A stretch of 60,134 nucleotides of DNA, the filler included. It is 4 parts of 4 records of this genome, joined end to end, with 100 filler letters (N's around TTAATTAATTAA, not from the genome) between each part and the next. Parts side by side here need not be neighbours in the genome. Positions count along the whole stretch, not along the records: positions 21,563 to 46,728 come from DRR378314_835; positions 46,829 to 52,198 come from DRR378314_838; 2 more parts are not named here. The stretch is one strand, 5' to 3'. Below, piece after piece: positions 39,644-50,200 of the stretch. The notes under the pieces were generated by a model. The model was not told the origin of the DNA and made no database searches. It saw nothing but the letters and a program-made list of their open reading frames with translations. Numbering within the stretch: position 1 is the stretch's first letter; the number at the start of each line of letters is the position of its first letter. Both the position numbers and the translations under genes were made by a program.

Positions 39644-40723
39644 ATGTCCCGCGCTTATAACTTTTGCGCCGGCCCGGCGGCCTTGCCGGAAGCGGTCCTT
39701 CAGCGGGCCCGCGAGGAAATGCTGGATTACCGTGGCACCGGCATGTCGGTGATGGAAATGAGCCACCGCGATGACGTGATCGTGGCCATGGCGGAGCAGG
39801 CCGAAAAGGACCTGCGCGATCTGATGGGGATTTCCGACGACTACGCGGTGCTGTTCCTGCAGGGCGGCGCCAGTGCCCAGTTCGCCATGGTGCCCATGAA
39901 CCTGCTCGGCGACGCGGGCCGCGCCGATTACATCAACACCGGCCAGTGGTCCAGCAAGGCGATCAAGGAAGCGCGCCGCTTCGGCGAGATCAATGTGGCG
40001 GCCTCCAGCGAGGACCGCAACTTCACCTATGCGCCGGCGCAGAGCGACTGGCGGCTCTCCGACGACGCCGCCTACGTGCATTACTGCCCCAACGAAACCA
40101 TCGGCGGGTTGGAGTTCGATTTCGTGCCCGAGGTGGACAAGCCACTGGTGGCGGATATGAGCTCCACCATCCTGTCGCGTCCGCTGGATGTCAGCCGCTT
40201 CGGCCTGATCTACGCCGGCGCGCAGAAGAACATCGGCCCGGCCGGGATCACCGTGGTGATCGTGCGCAAGGACCTGCTCGGCCGGGCCGGCGCCTCGGTG
40301 CCGGCGATGATGAACTACCAGACCCACGCCGAGAACGGCTCCATGTACAACACGCCCCCCACCTTCGCCTGGTATCTGGCCGGCCTGGTGTTCCAGTGGC
40401 TCAAGGAGCAGGGCGGAGTGGACGCCATGGGCGAGATCAACCGGCGCAAGGCGGACAAGCTGTACGGTTTCATCGACGCCAGCGGCTTCTACAGCAACCC
40501 GGTGGCGCCCACCCAGCGCAGCTGGATGAACGTGCCTTTCATTCTCTCCGACAGCGCTCTGGACAAGGCGTTTCTGGCCGAGGCGGACGCCGCCGGGCTG
40601 CGCAACCTCAAGGGCCACCGCAGTGTCGGCGGCATGCGCGCCAGCATTTATAATGCGGTACCGGAAACGGCCGTGGATGCCCTGATAGATTTCATGGCGG
40701 ACTTCGAAAAACGCAACGGATAA
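39644..40723 (+). CDS. serC: Phosphoserine aminotransferase
   Basis: YNFCAGPAALP, GAQKNIGPAG and GHRSVGGMRASIYNA motifs. Confidence 0.97.
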   Translation: MSRAYNFCAGPAALPEAVLQRAREEMLDYRGTGMSVMEMSHRDDVIVAMAEQAEKDLRDLMGISDDYAVLFLQGGASAQFAMVPMNLLGDAGRADYINTGQWSSKAIKEARRFGEINVAASSEDRNFTYAPAQSDWRLSDDAAYVHYCPNETIGGLEFDFVPEVDKPLVADMSSTILSRPLDVSRFGLIYAGAQKNIGPAGITVVIVRKDLLGRAGASVPAMMNYQTHAENGSMYNTPPTFAWYLAGLVFQWLKEQGGVDAMGEINRRKADKLYGFIDASGFYSNPVAPTQRSWMNVPFILSDSALDKAFLAEADAAGLRNLKGHRSVGGMRASIYNAVPETAVDALIDFMADFEKRNG

Positions 40724-40772
40724 GGCGGGTGCGCGCACTCGCCAGCCGTGGCGCGCCCAGGCGGAACCTGAC

Positions 40773-41855
40773 ATGACCGAATCATTGGACAAGCTGAGAG
40801 ATCAGATCGACGCCCTGGACCAGCAGCTCCAGGATCTGCTCAATCACCGCGCCGAGCTCGCCCACCAGGTGGCCGAAGTGAAGCGCCGCGAGGATGCCGA
40901 GCCGGTGTTTTACCGCCCGGAGCGGGAGGCCCAGGTACTGAGCCGCATTAAGGAACGCAATAAGGGCCCGATCGACGCGGAATCCATGGCGCGCCTGTTC
41001 CGCGAGGTGATGAGCGTGTGCCTGGCGCTGGAACAGCCCATGCGCGTGGCGTTTCTGGGCCCGGAGGGCACCTTCACCCAGCAGGCGGCGATCAAGCATT
41101 TCGGCCACGCGGTGGAAAGCGTGCCGCTGGGCGCCATCGACGAGGTGTTCCGCGAGGTGGAGGCGGGCGCCGTGCACTTCGGCGTGGTGCCGGTGGAAAA
41201 CTCCACCGAGGGCATGGTGAACCACACCCTGGATTCGTTCATGAACTCCGACCTCAAGATCTGCGGTGAGGTGGAACTGCGTATCCACCACCACCTGCTG
41301 GCCGGCCCGCACACCCGCCGCGACAAGGTGACGCGCATCTACTCGCACCAACAGACCCTGGCCCAGTGCCGCCAGTGGCTGGACGCGCACATGCCGGCCG
41401 TGGAGCGGGTGGCGGTGAGTTCCAACGCGGAGGCCGCGCGGCGGCTCAAGGACGAATGGAACGCCATGGCCATCGCCGGCGACATGGCCCGCGAGCTCTA
41501 TAATCTGGAGCCGGTGCAGCGCAACATCGAGGACCGCCCGGACAACACCACCCGCTTCCTGATCATCGGCCGCCAGGACACGCCGCCCTCCGGCCGCGAC
41601 AAGACCAGCCTGCTGATCTCCGGCAAGAACCGTCCGGGGCTGCTGTCCGATCTGCTACGGCCGTTCCGGGACAAGGGCATCAACCTGACCCGTCTGGAAA
41701 GCCGGCCCTCGCGCATCGCCAACTGGAGCTATGTGTTCTTCGTCGACTGCGAGGGCCACAAAGCCGACGCCACGCTCACCGAGGTGCTGGAGACTCTGGA
41801 AGCCGACGGCAATACCATCAAGGTGCTGGGCTCCTATCCGAAGGCGGTTCTGTAG
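40773..41855 (+). CDS. pheA: Chorismate mutase/prephenate dehydratase (P-protein)
   Basis: N-terminal AroQ domain; FLGPEGT, PVENSTEG, NTTRF and LESRPS (ACT domain). Confidence 0.96.
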   Translation: MTESLDKLRDQIDALDQQLQDLLNHRAELAHQVAEVKRREDAEPVFYRPEREAQVLSRIKERNKGPIDAESMARLFREVMSVCLALEQPMRVAFLGPEGTFTQQAAIKHFGHAVESVPLGAIDEVFREVEAGAVHFGVVPVENSTEGMVNHTLDSFMNSDLKICGEVELRIHHHLLAGPHTRRDKVTRIYSHQQTLAQCRQWLDAHMPAVERVAVSSNAEAARRLKDEWNAMAIAGDMARELYNLEPVQRNIEDRPDNTTRFLIIGRQDTPPSGRDKTSLLISGKNRPGLLSDLLRPFRDKGINLTRLESRPSRIANWSYVFFVDCEGHKADATLTEVLETLEADGNTIKVLGSYPKAVL

Positions 41856-41864
41856 GAAAGCGCT

Positions 41865-42968
41865 ATGACTTGCGATTACACCCAACTGGCCAACAACGGC
41901 GTGCAGCAACTGCGCCCCTATCAGCCGGGCAAACCCGTCGAGGAGCTGCAGCGTGAGCTGGGCCTGCGCGACGTGGTCAAGCTGGCCAGCAACGAAAACC
42001 CGCTGGGCCCCAGCCACCGGGCGCTGGAAGCGGCGCGCCGGTCGCTGGATCAGATCCACCTCTACCCGGACGGCGCCGGTTTCGAGCTGAAACACGCCCT
42101 GGCGGACAACCTGGGCGTGAGCAGCGACCGCATCACCCTGGGCAACGGCTCCAACGACGTGCTCGAGCTGGTGGCGCGCGCCTATCTGCAGCCCGGCGAC
42201 GAGGCGGTGTTCTCGGAGTACGCCTTCGCCATCTACCCGCTGGTGACCCTGGGCTGCTCCGCCAAGCCGGTGTCGGTGGATTCGCACCTCTACGGCCACG
42301 ACCTGGCCGCCATGGCGGACGCCATCACCGAACGCACCCGGGTGGTGTTCCTGGCCAACCCCAACAACCCCACCGGCACCTGGTTCAATGACCAGGCGCT
42401 GGACAACTTCCTGGCCCGGGTGCCGGAGCGGGTGATCGTGGTGCTGGACGAGGCGTACTTTGAGTACGTGGAGGAAAGCCACTACCCGGACGGCCTGAAG
42501 CGGCTCGACCGCTACCCGAACCTGGTGGTCACCCGCACCTTTTCCAAGATCCACGGCCTGGCCGGCCTGCGCGTGGGCTACGCCGTATCGCACCCGCAGA
42601 TCGCCGATGTGCTCAACCGGGTGCGCCAGCCCTTCAACGTCAATATTCCGGCGCTGGCGGCGGCCCAGGCGGCCCTGGGCGACCTTGACCATATCGAGAA
42701 CTCCAAGGGCGAGAACACCGCCGGCCTGGTGCAGCTGGCGGAAGGGCTCGACGCCCTCGGCTTCACGCAGATTCCTTCGGTGGCCAATTTTATCGCCTTC
42801 GACTGCGGCGGCGACGCCGAGACGGTCTACCAGGGGCTGCTGCGCGAAGGGGTGATCGTGCGCCCGCTGGGCGGCTACGGCCTGCCCAACCACCTGCGGG
42901 TCACCGCCGGCACCGCCCGCGACAACGAACGTTTCCTGCAGGCCCTGAAACAAGTGACGCGCCGCTGA
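41865..42968 (+). CDS. hisC: Histidinol-phosphate/aromatic aminotransferase
   Basis: YQPGKP, KLASNENPLG, NPNNPTG and RTFSKIHGLAGLRVGY motifs. Confidence 0.95.
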   Translation: MTCDYTQLANNGVQQLRPYQPGKPVEELQRELGLRDVVKLASNENPLGPSHRALEAARRSLDQIHLYPDGAGFELKHALADNLGVSSDRITLGNGSNDVLELVARAYLQPGDEAVFSEYAFAIYPLVTLGCSAKPVSVDSHLYGHDLAAMADAITERTRVVFLANPNNPTGTWFNDQALDNFLARVPERVIVVLDEAYFEYVEESHYPDGLKRLDRYPNLVVTRTFSKIHGLAGLRVGYAVSHPQIADVLNRVRQPFNVNIPALAAAQAALGDLDHIENSKGENTAGLVQLAEGLDALGFTQIPSVANFIAFDCGGDAETVYQGLLREGVIVRPLGGYGLPNHLRVTAGTARDNERFLQALKQVTRR

Positions 42969-45232
42969 TGAGCGCGCACCGGCCCCCTCTGTTTCAACGT
43001 GTCGCCATCATCGGGCTGGGTCTGATCGGCGGCTCGCTGGCCGCCGCCATCCGCGAGCAGGGGCTGGCGCGCACCGTGGTGGCCGGCTCCCGCTCCACGC
43101 GCACCCTGGAGCAGGGCCTGGCCCTGGGGCTGATCGACGAGGGCAGCCAGGACCTGGCGGTGGCGGTGCGCGGCGCCGATCTGGTGTTCGTGGCGACGCC
43201 GGTGTCGTCCATGGGGGCGGTGCTGAAAGCGCTGCGCCCGGGGCTCGCCGAGCGCGCCATCGTCACCGACGGCGGCAGCGTCAAAGGCGCGGTGATCGCC
43301 GAAGCCCGCCGGGCCCTGGGCGATCATTTCCCGCGCTTCGTGCCGGGCCACCCGATCGCCGGCAAGGAAAAAAGCGGCGTGGAAGCCGCCGATGCGGGGC
43401 TGTATCGCCAGCACCGGGTGATTCTGACGCCCACCCCGGACACCGACCCCGGCGCCACCGCGCGGGTGAACGCGCTGTGGGCGGCGGTGGGCGCGGAGGT
43501 GCTGGAGATGGCGCCGGACCACCACGACCGGGTGCTGGCGGAAACCAGCCATCTGCCGCATTTGCTGGCGTTTTCGCTGGTCGATACCCTGGCCCGGCAG
43601 GGCGATTCCACCGAGATTTTCCGCTACGCCGCCGGCGGCTTCCGTGATTTTACCCGCATCGCCAGTTCCGACCCGGTGATGTGGCACGACATCTTCCGCG
43701 AGAACCGGGACGCGGTACTGGAAGCGCTGGCCCTGTTCCGGGATGGTATCGACCGTTTCCAGAACGCCATCGAGCATAACGACGACGAGGCCCTGATGGG
43801 CGTCATGACCCGGGCCAACGCCGCCCGGGCCCACTTTCTGGCCATGAACGAGCGCACCTCCTACACCCGCGCCCGGCATTCCGACGACGAGACAGGCATG
43901 ACACAGCAATCCAACCCCACCTTCCTGGCGCGCCCCGGCGGCCGGCTCAACGGCCGGCTGCGGGTGCCGGGTGATAAATCCATGTCCCACCGGGCCATCA
44001 TGCTGGCGTCCCTGGCCGAGGGCACCACCACCGTGGAGGGGTTTCTGGAAGGGGAGGACGCCCTGGCCACGCTGCAGGCGTTCCGCGACATGGGCGTGCT
44101 GATCGAAGGCCCCCACCACGGTCAGGTGATCGTGCACGGGGTCGGCCTGCACGGCCTCAAGGCGCCGGGCAAACCGCTCTACATGGGCAATTCCGGCACT
44201 TCCATGCGGCTGCTCACCGGCCTGCTCGCCGGCCAGGCGTTCGACACCGAACTGACCGGCGATGAATCGCTCTCCAAGCGGCCCATGGAGCGGGTCGCCG
44301 GCCCGCTGCGGGAAATGGGCGCGCGCATCGACACCGGCGAGGGCGGCCGCCCGCCGGTGCGTATCCACGGCGGCCAGACGCTGAAGGGCATCCACTATCC
44401 GCTGCCGATGGCGTCCGCCCAGGTGAAGTCGGCGGTGCTGCTGGCGGGCCTGTACGCCGAGGGCGACACCTCGGTGACCGAGCCGGCCCCCACCCGCGAC
44501 CACACCGAGCGGATGCTGGGCGGGTTCGGCGTGCCGGTGCGGCGCGACGGCGCCACCAGCACGGTGACCGGCGGCACGCCGCTGGCGGCGGGCCCCCTGG
44601 ACGTGCCGGCGGACATCTCCTCGGCGGCGTTCTTCCTGGTCGGCGCCTCCATCGCCGAAGGCAGCGAGCTGACCCTGCCCCATGTGGGGGTGAACCCGAC
44701 GCGCACCGGCGTGATCGACATTCTCAAGCTGATGGGCGCGGACATCCGCCTGGAGAACCCGCGCGATTCCGGCGGTGAGCCGGTGGCCGACCTGGTGGTC
44801 AGGAGCGCGCCGCTCAAGGGCATCGAGATCCCCCGGGAGCTGGTGCCGCTGGCCATCGACGAGTTTCCGGCGATCTTCATCGCCGCCGCCTGCGCCCAGG
44901 GCGAAACCGTGCTGCGCGGCGCCGAGGAGCTGCGCGTCAAGGAGTCCGACCGCATTCAGGTGATGGCGGACGGCCTGGCGGCGCTGGGCGTGGAGCATGA
45001 AGTCTATGAGGACGGCATCCGCATCGTCGGCGGCCCGTTCGGCGGCGGCGAGGTGGATTCCCACGGCGATCACCGTATCGCCATGAGTTTCGCCATGGCG
45101 GCGCTGCGCGCCTCGGCGCCCATCACTATCCGCCGCTGTGCCAACGTGGCCACCAGCTTCCCGGGCTTCGCGGATCTTGCCCGCGGCGCCGGTCTCGACC
45201 TGGAGGTGCACGCATCCAAGGAGAACGCATGA
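42968..45232 (+). CDS. aroA: Fused prephenate/cyclohexadienyl dehydrogenase - EPSP synthase (TyrA-AroA)
   Basis: N-terminal GLGLIGGS, HPIAGKE and SHLPH; C-terminal PGDKSMSHR, SAQVKSA, RDHTE, LRVKESDR and DHRIAM. Confidence 0.95.
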   Translation: MSAHRPPLFQRVAIIGLGLIGGSLAAAIREQGLARTVVAGSRSTRTLEQGLALGLIDEGSQDLAVAVRGADLVFVATPVSSMGAVLKALRPGLAERAIVTDGGSVKGAVIAEARRALGDHFPRFVPGHPIAGKEKSGVEAADAGLYRQHRVILTPTPDTDPGATARVNALWAAVGAEVLEMAPDHHDRVLAETSHLPHLLAFSLVDTLARQGDSTEIFRYAAGGFRDFTRIASSDPVMWHDIFRENRDAVLEALALFRDGIDRFQNAIEHNDDEALMGVMTRANAARAHFLAMNERTSYTRARHSDDETGMTQQSNPTFLARPGGRLNGRLRVPGDKSMSHRAIMLASLAEGTTTVEGFLEGEDALATLQAFRDMGVLIEGPHHGQVIVHGVGLHGLKAPGKPLYMGNSGTSMRLLTGLLAGQAFDTELTGDESLSKRPMERVAGPLREMGARIDTGEGGRPPVRIHGGQTLKGIHYPLPMASAQVKSAVLLAGLYAEGDTSVTEPAPTRDHTERMLGGFGVPVRRDGATSTVTGGTPLAAGPLDVPADISSAAFFLVGASIAEGSELTLPHVGVNPTRTGVIDILKLMGADIRLENPRDSGGEPVADLVVRSAPLKGIEIPRELVPLAIDEFPAIFIAAACAQGETVLRGAEELRVKESDRIQVMADGLAALGVEHEVYEDGIRIVGGPFGGGEVDSHGDHRIAMSFAMAALRASAPITIRRCANVATSFPGFADLARGAGLDLEVHASKENA

Positions 45233-45900
45233 TCCCGATCATCACCATCGACGGCCCGGTGTCCTCCGGCAAGGGCACCGTGGCGCGCCTGGTGGCCGCC
45301 CGCCTGGCCTGGCACCTGCTCGACTCCGGCGCTCTCTACCGGGTGCTGGGCCTGTACGCCACCCGCCAGGGCGTGGCCCTGGATGACCAGCCGGCGCTGA
45401 TCCGGCTCGCCGAGAACCTGCCGGTGGTGTTCCGCGAGCAGAACGGCGACACCGCCGTGGTGCTCGACGGCGAGGACGTGAGCGCCGACATCCGTCGCGA
45501 GGAAGTCGGCGAGATGGCCAGCCAGGTGGCCGTGCTGCAGCCGGTGCGCGACGCGCTGTTCGCCCGCCAGCGGGCCTTCGCCCTGAGCCCGGGCCTGGTG
45601 GCCGACGGCCGTGATATGGGCACGGTGGTATTCCAGGACGCGCCGCTCAAGATCTACCTCAACGCCAGCGCCGAGGAGCGCGCCCGCCGGCGCTACGCCC
45701 AGTTGAAGGAAAAGGGCTTTGATGCTACCCTCGCGACCCTTATCGAGGACATCCAGACCCGGGACGACCGGGACATGAACCGCGATGTGGCACCGCTGAA
45801 GCCCGCTGATGACGCGGTGGAGATCGATTCCACCTCGCTCTCCGTGGAACAGGTGGTGGACGCGATTCTCGATGAGGCCGCCCGCCGATCTCTGGTCTGA
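45229..45900 (+). CDS. cmk: Cytidylate kinase
   Basis: ITIDGPVSSGKGT, LDSGALYR and ADGRDMGT motifs. Confidence 0.96.
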   Translation: MIPIITIDGPVSSGKGTVARLVAARLAWHLLDSGALYRVLGLYATRQGVALDDQPALIRLAENLPVVFREQNGDTAVVLDGEDVSADIRREEVGEMASQVAVLQPVRDALFARQRAFALSPGLVADGRDMGTVVFQDAPLKIYLNASAEERARRRYAQLKEKGFDATLATLIEDIQTRDDRDMNRDVAPLKPADDAVEIDSTSLSVEQVVDAILDEAARRSLV

Positions 45901-45923
45901 AGGCGGTAAAACCGTATTCATCC

Positions 45924-45987
45924 GTAGGAGCGGCCCTGGCCGCGGCAACCCCGATTACGCGGGGTCCGCGGGCAGGGCCGCTCCCGC
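45924..45987. repeat. GTAG-type REP doublet (REPIN-like hairpin) between cmk and rpsA
   Basis: GTAGGAGCGGCCCTGGCCGCGG and the inverted copy CCGCGGGCAGGGCCGCTCCCGC, enclosing a smaller ACCCCG/CGGGGT stem. Confidence 0.65.
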
Positions 45988-46102
45988 AATGAGTGTTAAG
46001 TGACAGGTCGCCCGGCCCCTGACAGTAAACCAGCTTGGGGCGGTGGCCTTTTAGTAATAACCCATGCCTGCTGGTTGGTATGTGTATCCGTGAGACTTCT
46101 CC

Positions 46103-46728
46103 ATGACTGAATCTTTTGCCGAACTTTTTGAAGAAAGCCTTAAGGACCTCGACGTTGCCCGTGGTTCCATCATCAAAGGCACCGTGGTCGCCATCGACAG
46201 CGACTGGGTGACCGTTAACGCCGGCCTCAAGTCCGAGGGCATCATCGCCCGCGGCGAGTTCATCAGCGAAACCGGTGAACTGGAAATCGCCGAAGGCGAT
46301 GAAGTGGAAGTGGCGGTTGACGCTATCGATGACGGCATGGGCTTCACCCGTCTGTCCCGCGAAAAGGCCAAGCGCGCCGAAGTGTGGGGCGAACTGGAAG
46401 TGGCTTTCGACAAAGACGAGATCGTCAAAGGTCAGATTTCCGGCAAGGTGAAGGGTGGCTTCACCGTCGATATCGGCCCGATCCGCGCGTTCCTGCCCGG
46501 CTCCCTGGTGGACATCCGTCCGGTACGCGACGTGACCCACCTGGAAGGCAAGGACCTGGATTTCAAGGTCATCAAGCTCGATCCCAAGCGTAACAACGTG
46601 GTGGTGTCCCGCCGCGCGGTCATGGAAGCCGAGCACTCCGCCGAGCGCGAAGCGCTGCTCGAGTCTCTGCAGGAAGGCATGGTCGTCAAGGGTATCGTCA
46701 AGAACCTGACCGACTACGGCGCGTTCGT
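46103..46728 (+). CDS. rpsA: 30S ribosomal protein S1 (N-terminal part, cut by the contig end)
   Basis: [21 protein letters not shown] and [10 protein letters not shown] motifs. Confidence 0.97.
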
Positions 46729-46828
46729 NNNNNNNNNNNNNNNNNNNNNNNNNNNNNNNNNNNNNNNNNNNNTTAATTAATTAANNNNNNNNNNNNNNNN
46801 NNNNNNNNNNNNNNNNNNNNNNNNNNNN
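46729..46828. other. Artificial contig spacer
   Basis: Same N44-TTAATTAATTAA-N44 linker. Confidence 0.98.
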
Positions 46829-47299
46829 CAACAACAACAACACGGAGATCGACAGAACCTATACCTGACAAGGCAAAGGTAAACGCCCAGCAGAGCACCC
46901 ATCCTGCCCTTTACCCACTATGAAGTCACTCACAACGACGCAGCTCAGAAAGAGGGGAAAAAGGCGAACAAAGAAGAAAAGCGTACGCAGATTCCTTATA
47001 GGAACTATGACAAAAACCGCTGCACAGTTTCGTTCATTCCGAAGAATGAATGCCGACGACCCCCCATCGCTTGTTAGCAAACGGTGCGTGAAAAGAGGCG
47101 CACGGCCGCTGCGCTGCGAGCGGATATAGCGGAGCACTACACATTCACTCCCGCCGACTGGCGCACAATGAGCGGCTCATTCAGCGAAATGACATTGTGC
47201 GCGTCAGTAACTTCTGTTTGCTGCATTGGCAAGCGTTGCGAGAAGATCCTCGCCTGAGAATCCTTAGCCCCTGCGTCTGTTCTGACCTCCATCGGACGT

Positions 47300-50200
47300 A
47301 CGTGCGAAGACGAAGCCGCGACACCGCCGCCTGTTCGCGACGGCGACCGGAAAGAACACGCTGCCAAAACTCTTTTGCCTGTTTCTCTTCCTCTTTCGCA
47401 GAGTTACCGTGCTGCAGTTGAACGGACTGAACCTGAGCGTCGAACATAACAGCGGGAAAAAAACCGACCCGCATGACAGGAAACAAAAAAGGAAAGAACA
47501 GCGCGGCGCGGCGGTCAGGCCAAACAAAGACGAGGCAGACAACGAGAAGAAAGCAAGCTTATGCTCCGCAGAATGAGCACCGCCGCAATTGTAAACAAAC
47601 GAAAAATTCGCACGCTCAAGACAGCAGTACAAAGTAATACACAGCAAACTTTTGTGCACTCGCTGCGCCCATTACGTATTCAATACCAAACAGCGCCTAT
47701 GTTTGAAGGAAACCGATCGAAAAGACTGGGCATGAGCTGGGAGCGCTCCGCCGAGGACCCCTCTGTTTCTCTACGCTCCTTTGCTATCAGCTCTCGCGCA
47801 GCAATGCATACCTGGAATGAGCTCAAGAAAGAGTCCGCCGCGTTTCCCGCATCCAGATCAGCCGACTCTGCCTCTGCGAGGATGTCATCGAGATCGATGC
47901 TCCCTCCAGGGGCATCGTTGTCTCCACGCTCAGCCTTTTCGAACAACTTGGCGGCGCCAAACTGCAGGACACGCTGCAGATCCTCCTTCGTCATGGATTT
48001 AGACGCCTCCCGGGCCGAGGCAATCGAGGACTGAATGCCCTGAATCACGACCTGGTCGAGGACCATCTTCTCTTTGGCGCGCTCGATCATTCTCTCCTCC
48101 ACAGAGTCTGCCGTGACGAGTCGGAACACTTTCACCTCGCGCGTTTGCCCAATACGATGGCATCGCGCCATTGCCTGCACATCCGACCACACAGCGATCC
48201 GGCACCATGTTCAGGGCACCCCCACGCGAGAAAGAAAGCAGCCGCCAGGACGGTAATGTCCGAGCTCAGGATCCAGATGCAGAGAAACAGAGACGCAAAG
48301 GACAAGGCTCACGTCTATCGACACACACAGAAATGCATATATGCGTGCATCGGTATACATAATGCCCCTGCTAAGTGCAAAAAGAGCAACGCACTCAGCT
48401 CTAACCCGAGCATGACGCCGTGTAGCATACATAGCAGTATGTAGATCGCAGAGTGCACCGTGCTTTCTGTGCGCGGAATGCTGAAGGGCGCATCTGGTTT
48501 CTGCGCCCTCCAGCGCCGGGACATGCTACGGCGGCGCAAGAGCGTGCGCCAACTTCGCGCCGCCCTCTCCGCGCCGCCCTCTCCGCGCGACAATACGCAC
48601 CTGAATATCGTTTTGGGGATTCCAGTCGGAATCAAACAACACAACAATATTTGCCGACGTCAGATTGATCCCAAGTCCACCAGCTCGGGTGGAAATTAGG
48701 AAGCAAAAGTCCTTTGAATCGGGCGCGTTGAACTGCGCGATCGCCCGTGCGCGCTCGAGTGCAGTGCAGGTCCCATCGATGCGCTGGTGGCGGAATCCGC
48801 GCAGTGTGAGAAACGAGCCCAGGATGTCGAGCATCGTAACCATTTGGGAAAAGATCAGCACGCGGTCGCCGCGCTCTCGGTGCCGCCGCAGTAGCTGATC
48901 AAGCAACTGCAGCTTCGACGAACCGAGGAGAATGCCTTCCGCCGTATTCTCGCGCGTCACGTCACCGACTAGATCCGCGTGTCCGCAGCACTTTCGCAGC
49001 TCCCACAGCAGCGAGCACAGCGACGACCGATTACCTGCGGCAGTGAGTTCTTCATACGAGCGAGACAGGATCAGGCGGTAAAACTCTGCCTGGATTTTCG
49101 ACATGGGAACTCGCAGGATCTTTTCCGTTTTCCGTGGCAGCTCCGTTTCCACATCGCGCTTCGTGCGGCGCAGCATGTACGTCTTCAGGATGCCGTGCAG
49201 GTCGTCGACCTTGTCGGGCGTCATAGTATCGGGGAACCGCTCGCAGAACTGATCGCGCGTACCAAAGGAACCCGGTTTGATGAAATTCAAGAGCGACCAG
49301 AGCTCGCCCAGCGAGTTCTGGATGGGCGTGCCAGTAAGCAGAAAGCGCGGGCATTTTCGCAGCGACACGAGCGTGCGGTACAACACGGTGTCTGCGTTCT
49401 TCAGGCGGTGCGCCTCGTCAATCACCATCATGGACCACCAGACCTGTGACAGCACGTCTGCGTCGCGGATCGCAATCTCGTACGTGGTAACCAGAGCTTC
49501 GAACATGTGAACGCTCTTGTTCTGGGATTCAGGGTTCGCCCACCACTCGAACTCGCGGATCAGTTCGCGGCTCTCCTGGTCGCCGGTGTAGTTCACGACG
49601 TAGCGATCAGGCGCCCACTTCGCGAACTCCGCCATCCAGTGGTCTATCGTAGACAGCGGCACGACGAGCAAGAACGGGCCCTTGACGCCAAAGAGCGCCG
49701 CGTTGGTCTGAAGATGCGCGACAATCTGCACGGTTTTTCCGAGGCCCATCTCGTCAGCCAGAATGCCACCGCCGCTGTTTCCAAACTGATTCGAAAGCAA
49801 CCATCGGAGAGCCTCTGCCTGGTACTTGCGTAGCGTCCCGCCGGGCAGCCACGGGAAGTTCTCGACGTCGCACGCGTCGATGCGGCGACTGTGCACCACA
49901 GCGTCGTCGCGCGTCACATCGGGATCGCGCGGACGCGTTCTACGAAGATTGCGCTGATGAATGTACTTATCAATAACTGCTTGGTCACCTTGAAGAGACT
50001 CGGCCGAATCCCACGCGCAGTAGCGGTACGGAAGTGACTTCCACTTAATCAGGTACTCCTGCGCACCCTCGTCGCTCTTGCGGTCGGCGATGATCCGTTC
50101 GGGAATCTACGGCGCGAAGGCGACCCAGCAGAGAGAGAGAGAGAGAGCGCGCCAAGCGAAACGGGTATTGACCCGGAAAAAAGAATTGGATTCCAAACAA

